64,000 nt of DNA, taken from the NCBI RefSeq assembly GCF_009914755.1, contig NC_060931.1; one strand, written 5' to 3'. Below the pieces are notes generated by a model. That model was not told the origin of the DNA and made no database searches. It saw only the letters and a list, made by a program, of their open reading frames with translations. Made by a program: the position numbers and the translations under genes. Of this stretch, positions 29,048-42,645 are shown piece after piece (position 1 is the first letter of the stretch; each line of letters opens with the position of its first letter). Source of the stretch: the human T2T-CHM13v2.0 reference genome, Homo sapiens.

Positions 29048-30824
29048 GATAAATAAATAATGAAGATCACGCTTTCATCCTGAAAATATCCCTTTACTAA
29101 GTCATGAGTCATATTGGGATGCTGGGGAACTGAGGGTGAATAGAGCAAAAACTTCTGCTGTCAATTGTTCAAAGGCTCATGGAAGAGACATGCAGGTAAC
29201 AGAAAATGAAAATAATGAAGACCTGTCACTGACAGGAGACAACGGAAGTGATGCCAAAGCAGCTGTTTGTGATGTCAAAATATCTTCTCTAGTATGAGAG
29301 GTTGCTCTCACTGTTACCCTAGGTAAGTGGATGGATAAAAGGGAACTTTGCAAAAATAGAATCTATGAGGCATGGTCACAGTGGGACTGAAGGACAGGGA
29401 GGAGTCAAAGACAACCCTGCCAATTGGAAGAATGGTGGTGACCTCAACAGAAATGAGAAATCCACTTAGGGAAGAGCTGAGAAGAAAAATGATCAGTTCA
29501 CTTGGGAGTATGTGGAGCTTGAGGCAAGTGGAGGAGTACAGCAGGCAGTTTGGGACCTGAAAGTGGATGCTCAAGAAAAAACTCTGGCTAGAGATATAGA
29601 TGAAGAAGTCAACAGACAAAAGTTACCATTCACATCTGATAATAGCTTACTGGGGCTCCAGTCTCCTTATCAAATGTGATAGGACAAAGACAGTTTTGAA
29701 ATGATTTTTACGTTACTTTATTTTTCTCCAGGTAGCAATGACAAGTTTAGTGTATTTTCTCTTTTTTGGTGAAATTATATCAGCAGTTTCTGTATTTCCA
29801 CAATAGATACTGCAAGTTCCGAGACCTAAAAAATTCTGAGTATTCATTGCATTGCAAAGGTTGTCAAGGATCTGCTTATCTGACAATAAACTACAGAAAA
29901 GATTGTAGTATTAACTGTTTTAGCAATGCCAATTCCTTATTTTCCCTTTTCCCCTAGGGAATTTCAGATTTCCTCTAAAATCTCAGGTCCCAGTTTGCAC
30001 ATTGATTTTCTTGTACTATTATGAGCCACTGATTGCCGTATCCATTAACTTCACCTATGCATAAACCATGCAACAGATGACAATATATCACCCATTCCTC
30101 TCTTATCTTTCTTTTTCATTTTATTTTGCCTTTCTGAATTTTTCTCCTAAACTTTTCTTCCTCTAAATTTTACTTTCTTTCCCAAACTTACTCCTGATCT
30201 ATTCTCTTCTTTCTCTATTTGATGTATTATTAATTTATAGTTTTATTCATTCATTAATAAAATCCATCAAACAGGAATTAAATATTTACCATAATCCAGA
30301 TATGGATAAAAAGAAAAAATAAATATATTTCATGTATATTACATTGAATCAGCCTAAATACTGCAGCCCAATGACTCATTAGCTACAGTTTCATTCTGTA
30401 TTCATTAGCTTCATTAGCTAGAGTTTCATTAGCTACTCTTACAAGTTGAAGGAGATTCTTCATTAACTACACTGCTTTCACTTGCATCCTATAAATGATA
30501 GACATCTTATAGTCCCATCTTACTGACAGAGAAGAGGACCATTAACAAAAGCAGACTCACACAGAGAAAAATAATTCCTAGACAAATTAGCTTTGTTTAT
30601 TTTTTAAAACCCACATCTATTATGTCTTAAAGAATCATGAACTTCTCCAAGGTAGTAGTTACTCCTTTGAATAGCAGCTTTTTCCTTTGTGAGAAGATAA
30701 AAGGAAATATATTGACTTGCTGCTTTTCCTGAAAAAAATTATTCTATTCTAGTGTCTATTTAAATTGTAGCTAGTAAGGTTCATATATTAGATAATAGCA
30801 TTATATAATATTTAATTTCCTGCT

Positions 30825-31080
30825 GTGATCATGCAAGAGAATGTCTTTGTTTTAAAGAAATTCACATTGAAGTAAGCATTTGGGGGTAAAGGAGTTATCG
30901 TATCTGCAACCTACACATAAGTGTTTAAAAAAAGTATAGTAGAGAGAGAATGAGAAAGCAAATGTGGTACAATGTTAACAGTTGAGGAATCTGGGTAAAG
31001 GGTAAACAAATTCTTTGTAATATTGTTTGCAGTTTTTCTATAGCCTCAAATTATTTCAAAATACAAAGTTTTAAAAGTTA
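30825..31080 (+). mobile_element. L1ME-type 3' end fragment
   Basis: aaagcaaatgtggtacaatgttaacagttgaggaatctgggtaaaggg. Confidence 0.6.
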
Positions 31081-31469
31081 TCAGTCCATAGTTCAGGGGA
31101 AATTTGGAAATTTTTATTATAATTTTCTCTTATTAATGTTCTCAGTTTAAAATATCATGTTTCATAAGAAGTCTCATAATTATATTTTACCAATTGAAAG
31201 AAGAAAATACATCTCATCGAAAGTCATTCATCTCTTCATATAAGTGGAGTGTTGGTGTGAAGGTTTGGCTCTCCACAGTTATAGTGTAGTGGCAAAATTA
31301 TATTGCTAAATCAAAAGAATTGGATTGAAGTGTGAACCCTCAACTTACCAGCTGTGGGGATGTGAATAACCATTTAAGCTGTGCCTCGATTTCTCACCTA
31401 TGAAACAGGACTATCAATCCCTATATGGCAGCTTATGTTTTCACAAATGATCATAGCAATATTTCTGGT

Positions 31470-32023
31470 CACACGTTCTTGCAGAACCTTGTCGACAATC
31501 ATCTGGAGTCTATCTTCCCTCTCCTTGAAACTGAGTGGAACTTTGTTACTGCCTGGACTAACAGACTGCAGCATGTCTGTCTGGCTAGGCAAGGTCATCA
31601 GAGGTGATAGGAGCTCTCCAGGATCACTCTCACCCTCTCTCTATCTTTCTCTCTCTTTCTGTCTCTTTCTCTCTCCCCCACCATCTACCCTGGGAATGCT
31701 TGCTTTTGAAACCCAATCATAATACTGTGGAGAAACCCAAAGTTTTCCACCCAGAGAGTCCATGTGGAAAGACACATGGAGACGAACTGAGGCTCCCAGC
31801 CCAATGCCAGCACTGACTGCCAGAAACCTGGGTGAACAAATCTTCAAACAGTTCCAATCCTGGGCCTCTAGTCTTCCAGCTGAAGCCCCTGACATCAGAA
31901 GAAAAACCTGAACCCACTGTGTCCCATTCAAATTCCTAAGCCACAGACTCTATAAGCAGAATAAATGGTTGTTTTATACTGCTGAATTTGGGGTCATTTT
32001 TTATGTGGCCAAGACATCTAACA
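31470..32023 (+). mobile_element. MLT1G/H-like LTR
   Basis: ttccagctgaagcccctgacatc...aattcctaagccacagactc...aataaatggttgtttta. Confidence 0.55.
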
Positions 32024-33596
32024 CCTACTGAATAGAATTATTATATAATAATTCTGTTATTATATAACAGATACATAAAAGGGAATTTCTATAAAACACA
32101 TACATTTGCCCTGTATGCTATAAAATGTTATTTATACAAATTCATATAATTTGTTATTTACACAGATGCATTTTTTTGGATATTAACTTTCATCTTCTCA
32201 TCTACCTTTCTTCTTCTTTTGCTTAGTTATTCATGCAGTTGTGCAGCCTTAAACTTAATTCTATTAACTCTATTTAAGAGTTTATAAACATCAGGAATAT
32301 TTATAATATTCTAGACTCAGAAATTCTGGTGAGCACTATTTTCAGGACAGTACATTCCAGAGGTTAGGATCACAGTCATGGAGCAAACAGAAAGCCTATA
32401 TTTTCACAGAGAGTCTTTGGTTCTTGAATTTCTATGCTGAACAAATGGAATCCTCAACACTCCAGGTGCTAAAGTGAGAAACACCTTTGGTGCTGCTAAA
32501 GATTCAGTGGGAAAGAACTTAGAATACAGGACCTTGTTTGTTCTCCAGATTCTATGAAATAAAGGACATTTATTTAAGGAAGATTGGGGGAAGTAGGGAT
32601 TTATTAGTCACTCATGAACTCCAGAGTACTATGAGTACAAACTTTTATACAATGTAGACCTTGGCCTCAAGAAGTTTACAGTGTCGTATCTCATAAACGA
32701 GAGAGGTATTTAAACAAACTGGCAATCCATTGTGATAAATGCAATAGTAGCGAGAAAATCTAGTGCTTAGCCCTGAAGTTTGTGAATATGTACAATTTTC
32801 CAAAGAAAGATGGTATGCAATAGTATTCGTAATTAGTGACTTACCTGATTTATTACTTTTTTGTCAAATTTTTAAATAAATTACTTCTATTTAATTGCAA
32901 CTGATAAAATTTAGGTAAGATACCTTTGAATAATTTATGTGTTTGTAAGAGAGAATTGTAAGGAAGGAGATAAGAGTACTGGCAGCTCTGCTTGACAAAG
33001 TCATATAGTACATTCTTTTTTATCCCACACACATTTTCTCTCTTTTCCCTTGGTCCAAACAAAGTTCTGAGGATGGGTGTGAAATGGGAGCAAGGAAGAG
33101 AGGAGCTGGAAGACAGCATAGGTCCGCAGCAACATGAGGTGCTTTCATTTTGAATTGGTTTTCCATGTCATGCTCCTTTTTTCACCAAATGGCACAGCAC
33201 TCAGCATTTGCCTCTACTGGGAAATACCATATGCTGTTTTGCAAAATCCGTAAGGTAATGAACTATGAAACACTATTATGAATTATCATCACCACTCAAT
33301 CTTTATTAAGCACTCCCTTCTGCCCATTCCAATGGCTGGCATAAGATGGCAAACATGGCAGGTGAAGCCCCTGCCTTAAAGGGTGGCACCTCAGAGGGAA
33401 GATTCAGTATTCTCATCGAAGGCTGAGATGGGTTCTTGATTCTTAACTTATAAAATGAAATGGAATTTCTATGACTTATTCCCATCCAGAAGAACTTTGC
33501 AGGATAATTATAGAACCTTTTCCAAAGTACTTATAGATTTTACAAATAGGAGAGGAAAAAACATTAGAATGACCTCTTTATCATCTCTTGCATGCA

Positions 33597-33702
33597 TGTG
33601 TGAGCGAGTGAGTTGTGTGTGTGTGATCGAGTGTGTGTGCAAGTGTGTGTGAGCGTGTGTGAGCAGTGTGCATGTGTGAGAGCAAGCGAGTGTGTGTGTG
33701 TG
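33597..33702. repeat. Degenerate (TG)n-rich tract
   Basis: Mostly alternating purine-pyrimidine sequence over ~100 bp. Confidence 0.9.
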
Positions 33703-33834
33703 TTAGGGCAAGTATTATCATATGAGAGTAAATTTACTGGAAAACTTTTAAAGATAAAGTTTATTCTTACTCTGTTCTATTTAAAATTTTCTTAGCATTA
33801 TTTCAAAAAGTGGCTCTAGTCAATGTTATATCTA

Positions 33835-34030
33835 CTTTATACATACAAACTCAGTTAATCCTCACAACGACCCTTCGAGGTAGGTACTTTATCATTTTAC
33901 AGATAGAATAACTGAGGGCAGTAGAATTATTATGATTATGTAATTTGGAAAGCCACCAAGCTAAGAAGTAAAAGACCTGGAATTCACACCCTGACAATCA
34001 AGGCCTAAAGTGTGAATTTGTGTTCACCAT
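33835..34030. mobile_element. MIR SINE
   Basis: ttaatcctcacaacgaccct...gaggtaggtac...cattttacagatagaataactgagg. Confidence 0.75.
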
Positions 34031-36544
34031 GACATACTTAATACTGAATGTATATCTTCTTCCCTTTCATATGAACTATGTCAGGTCACGATGTCAGCAC
34101 CACATAGAAATAGTTTTCTTTTGCTTGCTTGCCCTTTCACAGAGATTTCTTCCATGTGCCTTTGCAGCTTCCAAAAGCTGTAGCCTGTTCTTTGAGAAAG
34201 CTCTTCTCTCCTTAAGGAGTTGCTCCACATCGGATTGATTCTGGGCCATGCATCATGTCAGCTTGCAAAAGACAAAACCCTTTCTGTTTCTAAAGAAATT
34301 TCTCATATTTTGAAATGAAAGCAAGAATTGCTCTGCCGAGGTGCCAAGGGCAACATACTTCCATTACGAAGTGTTTCTAACAAAATGTTTTGGAGATTTT
34401 AAAGGGGCAGCTTTCTAAATATCCCAGGCATCTGCAAACAACCAGACATGCAGGCCCGCTTTTCAGCCCAAACATTGTTTCTGGGTTGTATCATTTTTTT
34501 TTCCTGAAAGTCAGCACAGCTGTTGCAATGCCCCTTTATCAATTGTCCAATGATCCCAACAATTTTTTTTCCAAGAGTGAATAATCAAAATGGTATTACA
34601 GGTCTTTGATTTTGAAATATATGCACTGTTAATATAATTTTGGCCTTCTTTAGCAGAATTTCAAAGGGGAACCAAAGGTTTATATTTATAAAGTTTATAA
34701 TCATTCCACAAAGTTCAAGACATTTGGCAGTGCTTGGGAAACTTAAAAACAGTAATAAAAGGTTACTGCGAGGAATTCAAAGCTGCCTTGTATGGTAATG
34801 CTGATTCAAGCCACCACATACTGCAGCATTAGAAGTTTAGCTGTGATTTGGGGGTTGGATCAGAACTATGCAGCTGTAGAGATATTTAAATGGCTTACCC
34901 ATTAACAACAAAGAAAGCACTTTGGAAAATTTACAATTAATATCTCCGCTTTGAAAACACATTAGGAGTATGCGGGGGGAGAAAATCATGCATTCTTAGC
35001 CTGATTTACTAAGCATCTATCAGCCTCCTTGACTGTTCTCAAGCACCAACCTTGCCTTGCAATTGTAAACTGTGCACTTTTGCCAACCTGGAATGCACAC
35101 TCTGTCCCTGCCCAGCTCCAGATCATTCTGCATCTGTGCTTGCTCAAACTCTGGTAACCCAAGCTCTTCATTTGTTGGCAGCTGGTAAAAGGGGTTTCCT
35201 TATGAGTCACAGTGTGGAGGGAGGCTGAGTAATATACCCTATCCTGTGCTACAATCTGTATGGAATGTATTTGAAATAAAACTAAACTTAGAGTTTAGTT
35301 CGACATCTGATTTCAAACACATTCTTGAAAAATTGGAGTGCAATAGGGAAAAAATCACCATGTCTCTCCTGCTACGGAAAGCTTACTCCCCTACAACTGT
35401 CTCCAAAGGGACAGAAACTAAATTGCACTCATTCAGGCTCTGAGGTCTCTGATGAGGAAAGAGTCCACAGCTTGGCTTTTTTAGATGATCCTGCTTTCCT
35501 GTTATGGCAATGAAGTAGCTAGTCCCATGGCGAAGGAAAGTGGGAAAATGAAGTTGACAATGCACAAGTGTCACAGGCTAAGGCTTTTGTCAATGTTGTT
35601 TAACAAATGTAAGCATCTGACAGATCACATCTTTAACTGAAAGAAGGTAAAGAATATTACAAGACAAAGTGTGTTTACAAAAGTCATAGATGATGCAAGA
35701 ACACTGTTTATCACCATATATTCACCTGTTTACAGTAAGTTCAGGAAAATGGGTTTTCTTACTATTAAATGCAGTAACATGCATTTATCTAGAAAAATAA
35801 ATTAAGACTATCAAGGTCTAAATATAATTTCAAAAAAACTAGACACACTGTACTAACCAAATATTATATTTTTTTCTTTTTAAATATCATTAGATACCCA
35901 AATATCTGAAATGAAAAAAAGATTAGTGACGACATACTGAATGAACGGAAAAACTGGAAAATTTGTGGCTAGAAATTTAGAATTATACTATAAGCTAGAT
36001 GTATCAAACTCACATATTCTTCCAAATTAGAGAATTAGTTATGCTTCAGAAATATAAAATACATATATGCCAGAAAGTTTGCTCTGTTTACTAAGCAATA
36101 AAATAATCATATCTTCTTAATTAATGAATCTTATAAAGTAAATGAAATGGAAATATGTCTGTTACCTGCTGCTTTTGACTAATATTCAAATAAAATAATC
36201 AAGTTATTTCCTTCTTATAATTTGTAACACACATTTCTAAATACAGGTGAGTTGCATGAGAAAAGGGGATTGAAAAATAAAAATTTCTATTTGGTTACTT
36301 GTAATTTGGGCTTGATACAAAAATTCCTTCAGTACCAACAATCTGATATGGTCACCAGGTATAGCCGATGTTAACAAATCCACCAGATTAAATCAGTATG
36401 TAGAAAATGTCAAGTCTGTGTTTACTCAGTTATTCAATAGTCAACACTCAGAGCTTACCAAATACCATGATATTTACAAGGCATATAAGAAGCTCACCAA
36501 GTGAGGACAGAGGCAGACATGCAAACAAGTAACTGTCAAACACA

Positions 36545-36903
36545 AACTGAATGTTTGTGTCCCCTCAAAATTCGTATGCCAAAATCCTCACCCCTAAGGT
36601 GATGGTTATTAAAAGGTGGGCCTTTGGGAAGTGATTAGGTCATGGTGGAGGATGGGGGAACCCTCATGGATAGCATTAGCGCCCTCATAAAGGAAGTCTG
36701 AGAGAAATCCTTTGCCCCTTCCACCCTGTGAGGCTAGAGTGAGAAGATGACTATGAGGAAGTGGGCCCTCACCAGGTAGTGAATCTGCCAGAGCCTTGAT
36801 CTTGGACTTTCCAGATTCTAGAACTAGGAGAAATAAATTTCTGTTGCCTATAAGCCACTCAGTTTATGGTATTTTATTACAGCAGCTCTAACAGACTAGG
36901 ACC
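36545..36903 (+). mobile_element. MLT1A0 solo LTR
   Basis: ctgaatgtttgtgtcccctcaaaattc...gagaaataaatttctgttg...agcagctctaacagactagga. Confidence 0.8.
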
Positions 36904-37789
36904 ATCATATGCAATGTGATAAGCCCTCAATAGAGGGACACAAAAAGGGAGAAGAAGAGAGCAGAGAAGACTTGGGGGAGGAGGGCAACCTTTGAACTGG
37001 GTCTTAATAAGATAATAAGTGACCCAGGAGGAGAAGGGTGGGAATTGGGATAGCAAAGGGCATTCCAAACATAGTTTCACCACAGTCTTGTAGACAGAAG
37101 GCATTATGCAGTAAGAAGACATGAGCATCAGGGAGAAGTAACAGTTCTGACCGATGATAAGAGGGTTATTGGCAGGAAGACTAATGGACTTTGGGTTGGT
37201 GAAGAAGGGAAGTGGGGTATGAGTATCACTGTAAGGCTAGCTGAAGAGTATGACTATACTCAGTGACATTTTCCCAAAGGTGTTTTATAAAATATTAACT
37301 CCATAGACCACTTATTTATTGGATTATTTATGGGGACTAGCAAACAAATTTTTCTTTTTCAAGAAAGTGTGGGAAATGCTCAATTTTTTTTCTGTAAAAC
37401 TTCTCACAGTCTTCAATGTGCTAATGTATATGGTTCTGCAAGATATGTTAATAAAGATAAAATTCCCCATACTTAGTTCACCAAATATCCCTTTAGCTGC
37501 ACGGATATTTTGAAAAGTTAGTGTTCCATATAAGAGAGTTTGGAAATGCTACTATAAGGAATCGAGTAAAACAGAAAGTCTTAATTAATAAAGATGTGGA
37601 AAATTCATGGCCAAATTTGTATTTTAAAAACCTAACTTTGGCAAGAATATGGAAGAAGGGTTTGTACGTGAGATATAGTTGGGAAACTAGTGTCTGGGCA
37701 AAGCCCATGGGAATGAAGGAGAATATCTGAATTGGTAGAATTTCATAACTAAACATCCAGGTGTTCATGGCGAGTGAAGAAGTGAATGA

Positions 37790-38592
37790 GGGGAAAATGT
37801 CAATATATTACTTAATCAAGTGATCAAAGGTAACATAATTCGTAATGAGACAGACATTGTGAGCCTTCTGATGTGATGCACTGAGAAGAACACTACATTA
37901 CTTATGTTACATCCCTGACAACAATGCATAAGCTGAAACTAGTCTTGAAAATCATTCTATAAAATCAATGGGCTGTTCTGTAAAAAAAAAAAAAAAAAAA
38001 AAGTTATAAAAAACAAAGAAAGGTCAAAGAACCACCCCGGATCAAGGACGACTAAAGAGATTTGAAAACTAAGTGCAACTGTGATTCTTCATTGCATTGT
38101 GGACCTGTAAAATACATGCTATAAAAGACATCAAAGAGACTATTAGAATAAATTGAATAGATCTTATGAATTAGATAATAGTACAATATCAACTTTTCTG
38201 ATTTTGAAAATTTTACTGTGATTTCATAGGATAATGTTTTTATTCTTAGAAAATAACGCAATATTTAAGGGGAAAGAAACATGAACTTTGTAAGTTACTC
38301 CTGAATGACACAGAATAAAATAGATAAATATTATATATAAAATGCATATATTTATATAATTGGTCGGTCTTGGTTGGTGTCTATGTGTGTGTGTTTGTGT
38401 GTATATGTACATATATACACTATATATTTATACACATGTGTATATAGAGAGAATGCTAAAGCAAAGCAAATATGAGAAAATGTTAAAATTTGGTAACCAA
38501 TTTGGGTGAAGGACCTATACAAAAACATTAGTACATTTTTGCCAATTTTCTGTAAGTTTGAAGTTATTTGAAAATAAAAAGTTAAAAAAATA
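37790..38592 (+). mobile_element. Old L1M (MC/ME-like) 3' region
   Basis: aatcaagtgatcaaaggtaacat...tgtaagtttgaagttatttgaaaataaaaagtt. Confidence 0.55.
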
Positions 38593-38886
38593 ATTCAGCA
38601 ACCCCATTTGGAATTTATCTTAAGAAGCAAAGCCAACAGGTACTAAATATGAATCAATGACAATTATTCAGTTTCTAGCTTCAGTAATGGATGAGCATAT
38701 GGAGAGCACAGGCTAGAGAGGAACAGGATTTGAAAGAGGAAGATGGTGATTTCTGTTTGAGGAATGTTTTTCAAAATGTCAGTATCATCTCCAGGGGGAC
38801 ATTACTGGTAAGACACGCCTGGAGTTCTTAAAAGAAGGAGCACTGGAGTTTGAGATTTTGAAGACATCTTTACAAGAGATATTCTC

Positions 38887-41630
38887 TGTTCAGGGATTCA
38901 GTTTCTTCCTGGTTCAATCTTGGGAGGTTGTATATTTCCAGGAATGTATCATTTCTTTTAGGTTTTCTAGCTTGAGTGCATAGAGGTGTTCACAGCAGTT
39001 TCTGAGAGTTTGTATTTCTGTGGAGTTGGTGGTAATATTCCCTTTGTCATTTCTGATTGTATTTATTTGGAACTTCTCTCTTTTTTTATTAGTCTAGCTA
39101 GAGGTATATCATTAATTCTTTCAAAGACTCAACTCCTGGATTCATTAGTCTTTTGTATGGTTTTTCACATCTCAACTTCCTTCAGTTTAGCTCTGATTTT
39201 GGTTATGTCTTGTCTTCTGCTAGCTTTGGGGTTGGTTTGTGATGTTAAGTTCTTAATTTGAGATCTTTCTTTTTGTTGTGGGCATTTAGTGCTATAAACT
39301 TCCCTCTTAACACTGCTTTAGCTATGTCCCAGAGATTCTGGTATATTGTAGCTTTGTTTGCTTTGGTTTCAAAGAATTTCTTGATTTCTGCCCTAATTTC
39401 ATTGTTTACCCAAAAGTCATTCAAGAGCAGGTTGTTTAATTTCCATGTAATTGTGTGGTTTTGAGTGATATTCTTAGTCTTGATTTCTACTTTTATTGCC
39501 CTGTGGTCCAAGGGTATGGTTGGTATAATTTCAGTTTTTTTTTTTGTTTTATTTGCTGAGGACTGTTTTAAGCCTATTGCATGGCTGATTTTAGAGTATG
39601 TGCCATGTGCAGATGAGAAGAACGTATATTCAATCGTTTTTGGGTAGAGAGTTCTGTCGATATCTGTTAGATCCATCTGGTCAAGCATTGAGTTCAGGTC
39701 CCGAATATCTTTGTTAGTTTTCTGCCTCAATAATCTAATATTGTCAGTGGGGTGTTTGAATTCTCCCACTATTATTGTGCGATTATCTAAGTCATTTCAT
39801 AGGTCTCTAAGAACTTGCTTTATAATCTGGGTGTTCTTGTGTTGGATACATATATATTTAGGATTGTTAGGTCAGCTTGTTGAATTGAGGCTTTCGCCAT
39901 TATGTAATGCCCTTCTGTGTCTTTTTTGATCTTTGTTGGCTTAAAGTCTGTTTTGTCTGAAATTAGATTAGCAACTCCTCCTTTTTTCTGTTTTCTGTTT
40001 GCTTGGTAGATTTTTCTCCATTCTTTTACTTTGAGCCTATGGACATCATTGCATATAAGATGGGTCTTTTGAAGACAGCATACTGTTGAGTCTTGCTTCT
40101 TTAACCAACTGCCTACTCAGTGTTAATTGGGCATTTAGCCCATTTATATTCAAGGCTAGTTTTTACATATGCAGATTTGATCCTGTCATCATGTTGTTAT
40201 CTAGTTATTATGCAGACTTGTTTGTGTGGTTGCTTTATAGTGTCACTGGTCCATGTACTTAAAGTGTGTTTTTGTAGTGGCTGGTAACAGTCTTTCCTTT
40301 CTATATTTAGTACTCCCTTGGCAACCTCCTGTAAGGCAGGTTATATTTAGCACTCCTTCTGGGACCTCTTGTAAGGCAGGTCTGGTGGCAAATATTTTAC
40401 CACAAAGATGCCAAAAGCAACTGCAACAAAAACAAAAATGGGTAAATGGGACCTAATTAAACTAAAGACCTTCTGCAAAACAAAATATTGGCAGAGTAAA
40501 CAGAGAGAATGGGAGAAAATATTTGCAAACTATGCATCCAACAAGAGTCTAATACCCAAAATCTATAAGGATGATAAACAAATCAACAAGCAAAAAACAA
40601 ACAAACAAAATAAGCAATTATGTAATGCCCTTCTGTGTCTTTTTTGATCTTTGTTGGCTTAAAGTCTGTTTTGTCTGAAATTAGATTAGCAACTCCTCCT
40701 TTTTTCTGTTTACTGTTTGCTTGGTAGATTTTTCTCCATCCTTTTACTTTGAGCCTATGGACGTCATTGCATATAAGATGGGTCTTCTGAAGACAGCATA
40801 CTGCTGCGTCTTGCTTTCTTATCCAACATGAACGTACACTTTTCAAAGATGATATACAAGAAACCAACAATCATATGAAAAAATGCTCAACACCATTAAT
40901 CATTACAGAAATGCAAATCAAAACCACGATGAGATACCATCTCACACCAGTCAGAATGGCTATTACTAAAAAGTCAAAAAATAATAAATGCTGGCAAGAT
41001 TGCAGGGAAAAGGGAATGCCTATACACTGCTCGTGGGAATATAAATTAGTTGAGCCATTATGGAAAGCTGTTTGATGATTTCTCAAATAACTCAAAGCAG
41101 AATTACCATTCAACCCAGTAATCCCATTATTGGGTATATACCGAAAGGAATATAGATCATTCTACCATAAAGACACATGCATGCACTATTCACAGTAACA
41201 AAGACATGGAATCAACCTAGATGCCCATCAATGGTAGACTAAATTTTAAAAATGTGGTACATATACACCATGGAATACTATGCACGCATAAAGAAAATGA
41301 GATTATATCCTTTGCAGCAACATGGATGGAGCTGGAGACCATTATCCTAAGTAAACTAACACAGGAACAGAAAATCAAATTGTGCATATTCTCACTTATA
41401 AGTGAAAGCTAAACACTGAGTACATATGGACACAAAGAAGGGAACAAGAGATACCAGGGCTTATTTGAGGGTAGAGGGAGGGAGAAGGGTAAGGATCAAA
41501 AACTACCTATCAGAGAGTATGCTTATTACCTGGGTAGTGACATAATCTGTACACCAAATCCCCGTGACACACAATTTACCTATATAACCTGAACATGTAC
41601 CCCTGAACATAAAACAAAGGTTTTAAAAAA
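38887..41630. mobile_element. 5'-inverted L1PA13-16-like element: antisense arm 38887-~40400 (ORF1 end, ORF2 endonuclease) and sense arm ~40405-41630
   Basis: TSD AGATATTCTC at 38877-38886 and 41631-41640. ORF 39245..39769(-) is L1 endonuclease-like and ORF 40875..41075(+) is ORF2 C-terminus-like. Confidence 0.88.
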
Positions 41631-42504
41631 AGATATTCTCCACTTGCTGGTGTTTTTAATTAACTGACAATTTCTCTCTTCATTTAAACAATTTTTCCAA
41701 AGCAAACCTGCAACTTTGGCTTGGGTCTTAATATAATACATGAAATTTTCCTTTTTTATGAGCTAGACTCTCCTAGAAAAAATAGTGACATAAACAATTT
41801 ATAATTAAGTTTAGAAGAAAAATTTAAGGGTATTATATTGAATAAGTGTCAATTGATAGTAGGGATCTAGCAATAGCCACAACCTGGCATTGCAGACATT
41901 AATGGCAATGAAGAAAATTTTGTATATGTTCCAAAAATTGATTGAAAATGATATTAGTTGAGGCTTTAAAATTCCTCAAGAAAATCAAGCACATGTTTTC
42001 AACCTTCCTAAACTTCACAATCTCCAGAGTTTATGTTCTAGGGGTCACCTTGGATACTAGTTTGGTTAAGCTAAACAACCTACCTGTGAAAACATTTGCC
42101 TTAATAAAGACTTCACTTTTAAATAAAGCTCGAATTTAATTAGAAAATGAAGAAAGCTGATGCTAAAATAGATTACACTAATTTAAGACTAAGAAAATGT
42201 CAGGTTTTCCAAACCTCAAGGTATAAAACTGACAGACTCAAAATGTTTTGCTAAAATAAATATAATTTTAATCATGTGTACCCAGGCAATTTCAACTTTT
42301 CCAAAGCAGAACACTAGACATTCTTGCCTGACCCTGGTCTGTTGTAAAATTCCAGAGATACCCTCCCATCATACTGTGAAGTAGCTCATCTTGACATGTA
42401 AATATCTCATACATAATTTATTCCATTCCTTGGAGCAATGATTTGAATAAAAGCAAAGCAGTGTTTCTGCTGTCTTTACTGTAAATGCTAATCTAAGAAT
42501 ATCA

Positions 42505-42645
42505 GAGTATCTAGCCAGACTGCATGGGTTTGAGTCTGAGTCTGCCACTTATGAACTGTGATCTTGTACAAGGTATGGAATCTCTTTGTGCCTTGTTTTC
42601 CCATCTACAAGATGGAGCAATGACATTACTTAGAGCTTTGGTCAC
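42505..42645. mobile_element. MIR SINE
   Basis: gccagactgcatgggtttgagtctgagtctgccacttatgaactgtgatcttg. Confidence 0.7.

Noticed and set aside
39245-39769. 174-aa endonuclease-like ORF
   Set aside because: Decayed L1 ORF2 fragment bounded by frameshifts, not a domesticated gene.
40301-40385. ~40-bp tandem duplication (tatatttag...gtaaggcaggt twice)
   Set aside because: The copies are diverged and lie at the L1 ORF1 end; likely a subfamily feature.
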